From the NCBI RefSeq assembly GCF_009914755.1, contig NC_060930.1: a stretch of DNA of 64,000 nucleotides; one strand, 5' to 3'. Each line of letters starts with the position of its first letter. The first letter of the stretch is position 1. Positions 47,399-62,673 of the stretch are shown one piece after another. The notes below the pieces were generated by a model. That model did not search any database and was not told the DNA's origin. It saw only the letters and a program-made list of their open reading frames with translations. Origin of the DNA: the human T2T-CHM13v2.0 reference genome, Homo sapiens. The translations under genes were made by a program, and so were the position numbers.

Positions 47399-48810
47399 GA
47401 ATTCTGTTAAATTTTACATACAGCATGTAGGGCAGAAGACATACTTTAAACTCATAGGTTTTCTTACTTTCACTCAGAAGGGAAGGGAAAACAGTACAAT
47501 TCGGCGAAATAGGAAATCTAAATCTTTCAATGCATGGGTCATGTGGAAACCGAGAGAGAGAAGAAAATCGAAAAATAGATGATGGATGTTGTTAAGGAAT
47601 TAGTAAACCGTTAAGTGCTCTATCATTATTAGATATTCGGGTGATCATCCCGCATGTAGCTATTTGACCAATGCTGCTTGTAAATTGGCTTAGGAAAATT
47701 AACATACATTTTATTAAACTGACGAGTATGCCTTTTACTGAAAGCAAGGAATAGACATAGCCATTTTGTTTAAGAAATATAAGCACATGAGAGGCTTAAA
47801 AAGGTAGGGGTTGTATGTTCTCAGCACTGCAGCTAAATTCTTAAATGGAAACTGTTCTTTTAGCAGTTTCAGAGTAGGCTATCTCAAGCTGATTGCTACA
47901 GACTCAAATTTTAAGTCGCATTTCTTTCAGAAACAGAAGGAAAGTCAATCTCACTTTCGAAAAGAGAAAGTAAGGTGACCCTTGTCATAGTAACATAATG
48001 CAGCAGGTCCCAGGTGTAATCCGGAGGAAAAGGCAGACAAGGTCCTGCGATGCCGCAGCTGAAAGGAAGCTGACGCCAACGGGCTTCTCAGAAGAACAAT
48101 GACTCATTAGTCCCGGGCTCACGGCAGATGCGGTCTCCCAACAACTGGCCTCCCTCCAAAAACATGGAGGAAATCAAGAGGGCAGAGCCGGGAAGGAGGC
48201 TGCATCCCTCGCCTGATGGGGAGCACTCCTAGCAGGCACAGGGTAATCAGAAAAGTGCTTTGGAATCACAAAATGAAAAAACAAGTGTCAGCTGTGGGAG
48301 ATGTAGAAATGCAAATAAGTACGAATGCAAATAGGCCGGATAAATGGCAGTGTGCAATCACCCAAAGCTCTGTTTACAACCCGAAGGCAGCTCCGTCTGT
48401 AATTATCTGGGCGCCATTAACTGCGTGGGAGCAGCTCTCAACGGGTACAAGAGAGATACCACCAGAAGTGAAATGTCCTCTCTCCCGTGATGAAGCCAGA
48501 TCTCCGAGCGATTCTATCTACACTGAACTAAACCGGTTTGTGCCAAAGAGCTAGAAGTGTACCTTTGGTGAAACAAGGAAGCTAGATTTTTTTTTTATTG
48601 CTTACTGCGCATCTGAACGTAATTCTTGCCATTAATTAAGAAAACAGATGATAAGAGATTTGGCTTCAATAAACATGTACTGAAAGCTACCACATCATTG
48701 AGTTTAATTATGCAAGCAATCTCGTGGGGCAGGTACTATGAGCTCAGATAGACTTGGTCAAGGTCGTCCCAGTAGAGCTGAGATTCGAGCATCAGTATTT
48801 TGGGCCTAGG

Positions 48811-49135
<325 letters not shown>

Positions 49136-49166
49136 TGGCCCTAAGTTTTTACCCTTCCCATTATGT

Positions 49167-49352
49167 CAGAAGTTCTCAGTTGACAATGTCTGGAGACATT
49201 TTTCACTGTCACACTACAGAGTGCCACTGGTGTCTAGCAGACAGAGGCCAGAGACTCTGCTAAACATCCTACAATGCAAAGAACAGTCCCCCTGACAAAG
49301 GATTATCCCACCCCAAATATCAAGAATGCTGACACGGAGGTTGAGAAGCCTG
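49167..49352. mobile_element. MER20 hAT-Charlie element
   Basis: 'caatgtctggagacattttt', 'gaggccagagactctgctaaacatcctacaatgca' and 'gaggttgagaagcctg'. Confidence 0.8.
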
Positions 49353-50193
49353 GCATTTCCCCATTGCTGCCTCTGGGAGGCTGCCTCTCGGGATAGATTG
49401 AATTGTTCTGCAAAGACATGGTCGGCAGACACAGAGGGTTCCCTCACCAGGGGTCTGGGAGTTGCTGGAAATGGATAAGAAAATCCTAGTTCTACCTCGC
49501 AGACAGGGAGGAAGTGAAGAGGTGAGGCAGTAAAAATTCATAACATATCTATCACAAATGCATTCTGAGATTGCTTGGATCTAAATTGCCCTTTCCAAAC
49601 CCAAGAGATATTTCCAATGCCACCTGAAGGTCCTGAGAGCTCCCTGACATCATTCAGGACTGAAGGTAGAAAGTAGAATGGCCCTGGGTTTTCTGAGGGT
49701 TCTTTATTTGTCTTCGAGAATATTAAAGACCAGCATCTCTCCAGAATACAAATAAGAGTCTAATGTGATAAGAGGCTGAACTGAAGGTGTCCCTAGAAAA
49801 TTTAAGACTAAAATGTCAGCTGAAAGACAAAGAGAAAGATGGGATTGTTCTTGCAAAATCTCATTGGTAAAGAGAGAGAGGATTTTCCTAACAAAAATGT
49901 TCTGAACTACAAGCATCTCAGAGGGATTTTTGAATTTTGGCCAGCTAAACACCATCAGGGGTTCTGGGGGGTTAGTCAAATAAAGTCAGAAAGGGCCTAT
50001 CTGCGGCACAAAACACAGCACAGCCAAAGCTGTGGCCACCGCAGGAGGAGCAGGAGAGAACCTGGTGAGGAGCAAGAAAGAGCAGCTCAGCTCTGCGGAG
50101 AAGCATGGTGCTCAGCCATCACTGCTCGAGCGTGAAGAGAAGCGCAGTCCATGGCAGTTTGGGATGTGGTTGGAAGCTCTGCATCACAGTTCA

Positions 50194-50655
<462 letters not shown>

Positions 50656-51402
50656 TCAGGGTCCCAGGAAGGGCCAAGGCTGCAGCTGCCACCTGCCTGG
50701 GGGCTCCTCGGCCATCCGGCATCTTCCCTCCCTCCATCCCTGGCCTGCTGTTCTGAGTCTCTGAGAAGAGCGTCTGGCGGCTGGCAAAGGGGCTACCATG
50801 GAGGAATGGTCTTCAGGAAGTGGATAAAGCTGGCCCTGCCTCATGCCAATCAGCCCAGCAAGCAGGGAGGACATCGCCAATGAGTTTCTGGTTTTCACTT
50901 CAGAAGTTATAGAGACGATGTAAGACGAAATACTGTTCAGTGGGCTAATGCAGCCACACGAGTGAGTTTTATTTTCATCCCTACTTTAATAAACATACAT
51001 GTGCCAAGCTGGCTCTGAATTATTTAAAATTACAGCAGTCAGAAGAGAGACCTTCTCAAAGTCTGTCAGAAAGATTTTTAATCATCTTTAAGTAAACTTC
51101 AATTTCTCTGAAATTGAAGGAGAATTATTTCTCCACTTCAAAAGTCAGTACAGAGCCATTGAAGGGGCTTTCCACCTCCTACGATAAGTAAAAACATAAA
51201 ATGATTAGCACAAAAAATACACCATGAAATGAGTTTAAAGTCCTTAATCTTGAAGGCTAGATTTAAGACACTATTCTTACTGTCCACAAACAGGTTTACT
51301 TTAGTGATCATAACAAATGGCTTTTATTCAGAACCATTACTCAGTATGATTTTAAAATCTCGGGCTTCATCTTTTGGATAATTCACATGACCTTCTCCTT
51401 AG

Positions 51403-51479
51403 TGGGCGAGTACAAGAAGGCACTGAATAGCGTGCCGTTCCGCACCACCAAGCGGAAGGGCAGCACTGCTTGTATCTAA
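51403..51479 (+). other. Candidate exon start with a short open frame ending in TAA (unverified)
   Basis: 'atgaccttctccttag|TG GGC GAG TAC AAG...ATC TAA' gives (V)GEYKKALNSVPFRTTKRKGSTACI*. The sequence switches abruptly from AT-rich to CpG-retaining at the AG. Confidence 0.3.
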
Positions 51480-51856
51480 GGTGGCGACCTGGACCAAGGG
51501 TGGCCTTCGCTGTCTTGGACTGGACGGGCTGGACTCCCAGCTGAAGGTGGCTTGGAATTTAGCTGTTCCTTCGGGGCCCCGCTTACACACCAACACCCAT
51601 GAATGCTTTTCAACGAAGTTGCTAGAATGCAGCCGTGGAGACGAACAGCTTACCGAGAGCCTCTGCCAGGAAGCAAAAGAGAGGTTCTCTTCCCTTTCAT
51701 TTTGGACATCGTAACAACTAAACATAACATTTATATCACTATCTGTCAGCAGTTTAACATAAACCCTCTCACTTACTGCCAATGTGTCCACGCTGCTCCT
51801 CAGGCAAGCCATTCTCCCCAGTGCACAGATGAGGAAATCGGGGCTCTGAGAGGTTA

Positions 51857-52248
<392 letters not shown>

Positions 52249-54849
52249 CTATGTCACTGTGACTTACCACATGCCCTGCATGGGGCGGGGGAACTGGCGT
52301 GCATTGCCTAAATCAAGCGCAGGAGTTTGATGGTACCACGAAGCGCCACAGGGTGTGGGAGCCTGAGAGGTACTCACGCAATGCCCGCTGGAAGATAAGT
52401 TCATTGTCGCACAGACTTTGTAACATTGTAAGGAAAGAAGCCTGACAGTAGTTTTACAAATCACACCATATAAATTATTAATGGTAAATAGATAACCCAG
52501 AGTGGACAGTACATACTGCAATTTATAAGAACAATCAGTTTTTTTAAATGGTCATAACCATTTAAAAAAAAAGAAAAAAAGAGAAAGAAATCCTCCGCAG
52601 TCATTAGTTCAGTCAGTTTTACCTTTGGTAGAAACAAGTGTGCTTCAGCTGCTAATATTACTCCTGCCTAAACTGATGCCCCGGTAGGCAGAGCCAAGGG
52701 GTTAATGGAAAGAGTGGAGCACGCTGAGCATTTTGCCATCACAGATGCCTCTCTAAACGTCTCTAGCTCAAGTAATAACGGAGCTGCCTAATTGCAGTCA
52801 TTAAGGAGCCTGTGACTTTAAATGACAAAGGTAGAGATGCTGGCATCAGCAGCCTGTTAGCATTTAATTTACATGAAATTCGATTCAGTGTGCACGAACT
52901 AACTAGGAGGCGCCAGGCTTAGGCCTTAGGCAGACAAAGAGCAAAAGTGTGGGAGGCTGGGTGGGGCCGGTGAGCTCTGGAGCTTCTGGCTCCTGGACTG
53001 GGGGACTGGGAATCGGCCAGGCCAGGCCCAGCGGGTGGGAGCTGCAGATACCACTTCTCCAGGACCCATCCCAGGGCAGCTTAATGGGATGGGCCTGGCT
53101 GAGTGAGCTTCCTAAGGAAATCCTCTTGCCTGGAAGAGGCTCCCAATCATCTGTCAACTTGTCTTTCCTATTTAGCAAACGATTGAGATTCTCTTCCTTA
53201 AAGACACATTCTCTGATGAACAGAATGTGCTCTGTAATGGGTTTAGCCAAAGCATCCCCACCACCTTCCTCCAGGAATGTGTATGTCTGTGTGAAGTCCT
53301 CAAGGTCATTAGATCTCATGAATTTACTCCGGCATTTCCATTTCCATGCATGCTTTTTCCATTTAGACTAAACTAGCGCTTGGGGTGCTTGCCATGCTCC
53401 AAGAAGTCCCTGCAGCCCCTGGTTAGTGGGAGACGCAGAGCAGGCATTCAGTCAGCAAATATTAATTGACGTGGTGAGGTTGTGCTCTGAAAAGCTGAGT
53501 TCCTCCTGAGAGGCTAATTCACTGTGCTCAGCCTGTCTGCGGGTAGCGAGGGCTCCTGAGTAACAGCGAGCTTTGCACGAGCGCTACCGCGTGGCGGTGG
53601 AAACATTTGTTCCCCTTGATGAATGAAACGGCACTCTTGACATGCTGTACGGACAGAATCTTTACATGTCGTTTATTTTGCATTTCAAATGCTTTGAAAA
53701 AAGCCTTCCCGTGGTTTTGGCCAGAGGTATTTGTTATCAGTTTAATAGATTTATTCCTGTTTTGCTAAGGTATGTAATAGTTATTTATTTTTAAAAAAAG
53801 CCAGTACCTCTCCAGTCTTCATTTTCATTTATCCTTAGCATGGTCTTTTCTAAAAAGGGCATTTGGCACAATATCTTTTTTTGTTTTTTTAATCTCTAGG
53901 TAACCAACCCCTGCCTACATTTTACTCTGGATTCCAAGAGTAGACTGGGCTTCAGGGACCAGATGCCAGGGCTGGCACATCTGCCTAAAACCCATAATTC
54001 TTGAACTTGACGTGCTCAGCCTCTCCAAAGCCGCGGCGCTGACACAGCTCCCCCTGCACGAGTGTACAGCAGTCAGACAGGAACGGGGAGAGGGGGCTCA
54101 ACTTTCTGACGGCCACTTAGAGGCTGCCTGACCACAAAGACAGGACCGTAAAACATAGACCGCATGTGACCTGCTGGTGCTCGGCACTGACCCAGGGGAG
54201 GAGGGCCACTTGGGCTGGAATGCAGTTGCTGGGGGCTCATGAGGGGCTCAGTGGTGCCCCTGGCCACCGAGTCAAGCAGCGTAGATTGATCAGAGGAGCT
54301 GAGAGCTGAGGCCCACCCTCCCCTTTCTCCTACACATGGACACCTCTGAGTGGAATAAGGGAAGACTGTCCTTTCTCCAAGCTTGAAGGAAGATGACTGT
54401 GACTCTTTTCCTGGACTTCAAGGCATCGAAGTGTCAGCTGGCTGCCATCCCAGCGTCTGACAGGGCAGCAGGAGAAAGAGGCCACCTGTATCATCCACCC
54501 GTGCTGCAGCTGAATGGGATCGGTGCAGCATGATAGAGGCCAGCTGCCCCGCACCAGGTCTGCGTGTCACAGGGCAGAGTGCATGGTCTCCCTTCACGTG
54601 CGGGGCCAGGTGACTGCACAGAGTGATGAGCTGGGCCCACTTTCCTGCTATTGGCCGCCAGCAAAGAATACAAGGGGTTTCCCTTCCCTTCCCTTCCCTT
54701 CCCTTCCCTATCGACAGCCTTGCAGGGTGGTGGTTTCCTTTGCCCGGAGAGTTCAGAGGCCTTAGTTCTGGAAAGCCTCCTGTGGGGAGATGGAGTGGCG
54801 GGGATAGGGACCAGAGCAGAGAGGGCAGCAGCATAAACAAAGAGGAGAG

Positions 54850-55107
54850 GCAAACTGTTTGAGCCCAGGAGTTTGAGACCAGCCTGGGCAACATGGTGAA
54901 ACCCTGTCTCTATAAAAAATATAAAACTTAGCTGGGTGTGGTGGCACATGCCTATGGTCCCAGGTATCTGGAGCATGGGGTGGTGGTGGGGTGGTGGGAG
55001 GATCATCTGAGCCTGGGGAGGTCGAGGCCACAGTAAGCTAGGATTGTATCACTGCACTCCAGCCTTGGCAACAGAGAGAGATCTTATCTCAGAACAAAAC
55101 AAAAAAA
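54850..55107 (+). mobile_element. AluJ-like, 5'-truncated
   Basis: 'ttgagcccaggagtttgagaccagcctgggcaacatgg' and 'gaggtcgaggccacagtaagcta'. Confidence 0.85.
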
Positions 55108-55997
55108 TTGGAGAAGGGATTTCTCTGATTTCTCCCTTTGGGAAGGGAGGCTTGGAGGCTGCCTGGGGCTGAGCAGGGAGCACCATGCTTGTAGGCCTTT
55201 GGGGAGGTTTCGAGGTCCAAGTGTGACTTAGAGGAACTGGGAGATGCCAGCAGACACTGCGACCCAAAGGGGCCTGGCTTGGGACCTATGCAGCTGTAGG
55301 AGGGGAAAGGCCCTCCCCGCTACCAGATGCAGACTCTGGTGCCCTGAAGCCTGGCGTCTGAGCCAGATCTGACTTTGTGTAGAAGCATAAAAGGAGTAGG
55401 ATGTTTGTGATGGCTGAGCGTCATGGAGGAATTCATACCTGTTCCTGGAGCAATCTATTTTTAACCTTGTTAACCTGAACTGTACTTTAAGATTGAAACT
55501 AAATGCAGCCTCTTTTCTACCCATGATTTATTAGACCTCCCCTTTCTATCAAATTAAAGCTCTGCACAAACGAAACAATTCATCCTCATCTAATTTATAA
55601 CCATCCTCCCACACTAGGAATATGGAGCCAGGAATGAGGGAGGTTCACGTGGGAGGTGGCAACTGCAGAACAGACAGCTCTTTGGATTTCTTTAAATTGC
55701 CATTTAATTCCATCCATCAACCCATTTTTCTGCTGTATACATAGAAAAGGACAACAGCCACTCCCTCAACCAAATATCCCTACATTCAGTTAAAAGCTAC
55801 TCTGTACCCCAGGACATGGGAGCAGCTCCTATCCTTCCCAGGTGAAAAAGTGGGCTTTTTTTCCCCCTTAAGGCTAAATAGGATTTCTTTTCTGTTAGCT
55901 ATGGGTAGGTGACTTCTTAATGATCTTTAAGGAAAGAAGTCAATACAAGGAAAATATCCTTTTTTAATCCCATTTTCCTTCTCACCCCACACTGAGC

Positions 55998-56011
55998 GTT
56001 ACTATAGCAAC
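55998..56011. promoter_or_regulatory. Candidate RFX X-box
   Basis: Near-palindrome GTTACTATAGCAAC against the consensus GTTRCYATRGYAAC. Confidence 0.4.
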
Positions 56012-56270
56012 ATCTTTCCTGCTACTAGGACAGTTAAGTCCCCCTGTGAAGTTAACCGAAAGCTGCTTTTTCACTCAGAGAATGGGCTGCTGTTCATTGA
56101 CCAGCTTTTCCTGCGTGTCTAAATTCTTCGGTTCTCTCTGACATGCTCAATCTAGGGTTTCCCGCGGCTAAACCCTAAAATTCACTTCGAAACTCCTAAC
56201 AGCAGAATTCCCCAAACCTTTTCAGAACTGAACTCATTAGAAATGAATTTACATTTTGATTTAGTTATAA

Positions 56271-56665
<395 letters not shown>

Positions 56666-56697
56666 TCCTTTTTCTTTTAAACACATACATACATATA

Positions 56698-57216
56698 TGT
56701 AAAAACAAAAGAAAATTTCAGGACCTTCCAAATTTCACAGGCCTAGAGGAAAGTTAAGCCCTGGAAATGGAGTTGTGAGAGCAGGCTGTTTTTTCTCTCT
56801 GGTGCGTGACCACTGCTTCCTGATTTTTGTGTTGAGATCTTAGACCTTAACCAGACTTATAGCCTTCATTCAAACCAGACTGAATGATGTGGGAGGTAGG
56901 GACCTTGGTCATTGTTATCTCTTTATAATAAAATGCTAAGCAACCCCCTTAGAGTGAAGTCAACAGTAGCCAATCAAATCTTACATCTGTGTGTTAGCCG
57001 TTGTATGGAAAACACCGTGATTCTGTTCAGCGCCTCCCTTTTGCCTCCATAAAAGATCTTCACTTTTCCCCACACCGTAATATTTCACTGGATTCTTGGA
57101 ATATCAGAAATTCATCATTCTTTGGTGTCTGCGTATCTCTGAATGGCCACTCTCACGCAGCCCTTGAATGAATTACTTAACTGGATCCTAAGCATTTTGA
57201 TTATTTTAGATGGACA
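56698..57216 (+). mobile_element. MER4-group ERV1 solo LTR (MER65/MER72-like)
   Basis: Starts 'tgtaaaaacaaaagaaaatttcaggacc...aagttaagccctgga' and ends 'ttattttagatggaca'. 4-bp TSD TATA. Confidence 0.7.
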
Positions 57217-59325
57217 TATACACATGCATATACACGTATGTGTACATACACATATGTAATGAAATTGTTCCAAAACACAGAAAATACAAAGACTAATGTA
57301 ATCAGGACTCACATATCCACATCTTAGATTTAATGCTGATTTCGGGGGGCATTTTTGCTTCAAATTTGTAAAAAGCAAAGGTTACAGACATAAAGATCTT
57401 GCGATTCTCTTATCCCAGTTTCTTCCGTCTTTCTTCTCTTCTTTCTCTTTCTGTGTCCCCCGAGGTAGCATCTATGCTGACGTTCCCGTATATCTTTTCC
57501 ATCCAAATATTTGCATTTTTGCTACACATTACTTGCAAGGCTTTTATCTGCTTCCTCCTAATTTGTGGGGGCAAGAGGCTAGACATCTCTGGCTGGAAAG
57601 GCACTCCCTGCAGATCTGGGAAGCCATGAGCCACAGGAGCATTAGCTGTTCCTCTACCCTTTCGTTTCTTTGCTGGACAATCCTTATAAGCTGGAGTCCA
57701 AGTTAACCTTCCCAAATGAGTGGCACTATTATTTTAAAATAAAAGCGTTCAAGGTAGAGGATGACTTTGGGACTCTGGCAACACAGGAAGCCCAGTGTGT
57801 TCTCCCCAAGGTCACATTAAAAAGGTGGTGCATCTGAGATGGTGACTGCTCAGAATAAAGTGATAAGGGGTCAAAAGGTGGATGGCTTACTTACAGGTGT
57901 TATGAATGAGACCATCAGGGCTCGGGTAAGAACATTGTCTGGGATAAATGGTTTGTGGTTATTGATCTGGACCAACCTGATAGAAAAGAAGCTGTGTGTA
58001 TTATTATTACAATTACTTGGTTTATGCTTGCAATTTATAATTTGTATGCTCAGTCAATTCTGCCAATATAAAATAGTAATGCCCCGGTTTCAAAATCTGA
58101 TATTGGATTTTGTCCCACGATTTAGCATGTCCTCTAAGCAAAATAACTGTCCAACCAGATCACTTGCCTTCAACAACTTAAAACACAAGTAACTAGGGAG
58201 AAAAACAAACAAAGAAACATAAACTCAAAGAAGGTTTCAAGATTGACATAGAGAAAAATCTTTTCTCATCTATCCATATGTACTCTCCCACTGCTCATCG
58301 TGGGCCCCAGGGAAAGGCGATTTTATTCAAAGAAGGTAACTCTGAACGTACTCAGGGCCGTAATATGTGAAATGTCTCCCAGTGTTTGACAAAAAGACTC
58401 TCTTTTCATGTTCATATTCCATGGAAATCTTAAGTCAAAGCAACAATAAAATAAGCTGACCCATAAGTGCACGTGTTGAAGAGGCTCAGCCAAGAAAAAC
58501 TGTTTGGTAGTTGCTGAAAACTGGCATCTAGACCTCAAAGAGGAAATCAGAACCAAAGTGCAGACTTGTCCCACCAGAGATGGTGGGTGTTGGACTGAGT
58601 CAGCGACAGTGAGGCACTGACTAGACTTCCGTAACCAGCCATACTTTCTAGTTTATAATGACATTCATGGTTATTGTTCTACACAGACAGGTGTAGGGAA
58701 GCAATGGGAAAGTGCAGGAAAACAGAAGCATTGGGAATGGAACATCTTTGGTTTCTCCATTTCAATGCACTGCCATGACCCCCACACCCACCCACGAGAC
58801 TTTAGCTGTTCCAGAGCCAACGGTGCCTGCCTCTTTGCTGATCCATTACTCATTCTCCCTACAGCTGCCTCATAGCTTTGGCTCCCAAGAGGTAAGGTAC
58901 AGGTAGTCTGGCTGCCTGCATTATCCTCCAGCCTCAAAATACATGGGGAACTGAAAATAAACAAACTGTTGATTCCTTGAGCTTAAGAAGGCCTCTTGGT
59001 GTTCCTTTATACCTTTTCGAGTCTCTCCTAAGATCAGAGAGAGGAGTGAAGAGGGGGAAGGTGTATGGCCAAAGGAGGACTTGCCCTGATTGCCACTGGC
59101 AAAGACGCTGAGCCTTAGGGACCATCCAGAGGCATGCAGGACCCCTGCTGCAGCATTCTTGAAAAATGATGTCTTCCTACGCCTCCCTGACTCAACCAGA
59201 AGCTCACAGGTAAGAACACATCCCATGTTGCGAAGCTCCATCTATTGTGAGAACTTCTGCCCTGCCGGCTGCCTCTGACATGCCACATGCAAGTGATACC
59301 ATTTACCCTACTTTGCAATACATAA

Positions 59326-59727
<402 letters not shown>

Positions 59728-60759
59728 TGTTTTCTTAATTTAATTAAAATTATTCCAAAATAAATATCATACCATTAATGTAAATAGAAAACACTGAATT
59801 GTGTTACTTGCCACACATAGAAGACAACTGCAAAAAATCAACAATATGAATGATATGAAAGTCAAACACTTTTGCCTGTGGAAGAGCCCAGGGCCTGCAT
59901 TCTTGTTTTTAAAGAGGCAGGTAAGCAGGTAATAGAGAAGCCTTGAGGACTAGAACAGAACCGATGGAAAGAGAACTGGCAAGGGGCTAACTTCTGCATG
60001 ACGTGTTTCCATGTTATTTCTCTTAGGTCCCAGCACCGCAGAAAATCATCTTGAACACCTCCCAAGGCCAATCTCCCATTGCAACAAATGAACTATTAAA
60101 AACAGGGGTCTCTTTTATCCTACCGTCATCTCATTTCCAGATAAAACACCTCCAGTTTCTTCAATGACTTCCACGAGAAGACCTCTCTGGAGAGGTCTGA
60201 ACATTGTCTTCTGTCAGCTCCCTCTTGATTTTGGGACCAAGCATTGAATATAAAGTTAGGATGTGGCCTGATTAGCATAGGCAGAGTACTGAGAAGCCTT
60301 CCTTGTGCCTGTCACTACACTTCCATCAACAGACTCCATCAACAGGAGGCAACGCAGCCTCAGGATACCACCTGCCCACGGCCCACCTGAGGGAACCTGC
60401 TGCCCACAGCCTCTGCTCCCAGAGGGACCTACCCAGTCCCAAAGCTGAGGCACCACCCATCCTTGAATGGCCAGAGTAACCTGTCTCAAGAATATGAGCA
60501 AGATGATTCCAAGAGAAAGTGGCAGTCAACAGTGGTTTTGTACAATGCGGATAAATATTAGAAAGGCCATCCAGGATGCGTCATTTGCAAGCTTGGGTGG
60601 ACAGGCAGCTGCCAACAGTGACAGCAGGTGGCCCATGAGTGAAACTTAGAGAATTAGGGGACTGCTTTGGTCTTGGCAGATTTCCTGGCCAGTCCATGGA
60701 ACCCTCAAAATAGGTCCCTTAATTTTGTAGAAAAATGGTGTCACCTTTAAACGTTGTAA

Positions 60760-61123
<364 letters not shown>

Positions 61124-62254
61124 TTAACACACTCTTAAGTACTTCCAAAGTCTGATTTAAAAAATAGTTTTGTTTTTCCTGAGGACTTAAATAACTTATA
61201 AATAAATCAAAGCAATAGATATAGTGCGCCTTAAGTTCTCTGAAAGGCTTTGATACTGTTTACAAACTTTGTCAGAGTTCAATTTAATATCCCTAGCCTC
61301 AGTCAATTACTCAATTGTGTTTCAAGCTAAGTCACAAGGCTGAGCTGTTTCACTAATTAACCACATTCCTTTAGAAGTTCAAGTATGTATAAATTCCTTA
61401 ATACAAAATATTGGTTCTGTGTTTTTTAATTCTTTAAAACATTTCTCTACTTAATTCTAAATCTTTTAGGGTGAAAGATGATTAGCTACTAAGGAAACTA
61501 TTGCACCATCCCACACAACTATTTTAGGTGATGTTCCTGTATTATTTTTGGGATTGTCCTCTCAATTTGCTTGTAGTTGCGTTATAATCAAAACGTTTAG
61601 CTGGGGTGCTGACTAGATTCTTCATGGTGACCAAGTGGGTTCCATGGAGCCCTATTTATAGTTGCCATAGTGATGATTCCATAACCCACAGGCGAGGGGC
61701 AGGGAGCCCTTGACTTTAAATCCAAATTCTCTCTCTCTCTCTCTCTAATATCATATATATTTTATATATATATAAAATACCTCCATTCAAGTCACTTGGC
61801 AGAATTTTGCACTATTGTGCTCTTAAGATATAAATATATTTCCATCTCAAGGTCACGTCAGGCTTAATAAAATTCTGTATTGTCAAAGTCTATACAGGAC
61901 CACACACATTCTTCGTGTATTCAATCGCATTTTTGATATCTCTCATAGCCATTTTTGATAGTTGCAAATTCTAAGGCCATTCATTCCCACAATCTATTTG
62001 ATGAAAGTTTTTAAAAAATGGAATATTCAATCCTTTATAGCCAATGAGGGCCTGAGCCTTGAACCAGTGAACAGTACTGAGTAGCAGTTAGGAGGGCGGG
62101 GAGTCAGACTGCCTGGGCTTAACGTCGTGGCTCTGTCACTCATTTCGTACTCTTAATCATCATGCTATAGAAACTCCCACAATGTGTGTGTGTGCATGTG
62201 TTATTAAATCCTTCAGATACTTCTCAGACTCTTGCCTGTGTAGATAAACAACGT

Positions 62255-62555
62255 GTGTTTTCTATCACCTTGGCTTGTCTCTAGTACCTGGTTTTTTAAC
62301 CAAACATTACTCTGGGTGTTGTGGTGAAGGTATGTTGTAGATGGGGTTAAAATCTACAATCAGTGGGATTGCCCTTGATAATCTTAACGGGCCTCATCCA
62401 TTTAGTTGAAAGGCCTTAACAGGTTTCTCAGAGGAAGAAATTCTGTTTCAAGATTACAACATCAGCTCCTGCTCCGTTCCCAACCTTCTGGCCCGCCCTG
62501 TAGGATTCAGACTTGGGGGCCTCCATGGCTATGTAAGTCAATTCTTTGAAATAAA
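62255..62555 (+). mobile_element. Old MLT2-family LTR fragment
   Basis: 'tgaaggtatgttgtagatggggttaaaatctacaatcagt' and 'gggcctcatccatttagttgaaaggccttaa'. Similar to the element at 237-753. Confidence 0.65.
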
Positions 62556-62588
62556 GAGAACTCCAACTAATGCACAACGGTCGGTCCA

Positions 62589-62673
62589 TCCCTCCCTCCC
62601 TCCCTCCCTCCCTTCCTTCCTCCCTTCCTTCCTTTCCTCCTCCCCTCCCCTCCCCTCCCCTTCCCCTCTCCCC
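62589..62673. repeat. (CCTC/CCTT/CCCCT)n polypyrimidine tract
   Basis: Directly visible. Confidence 0.9.
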
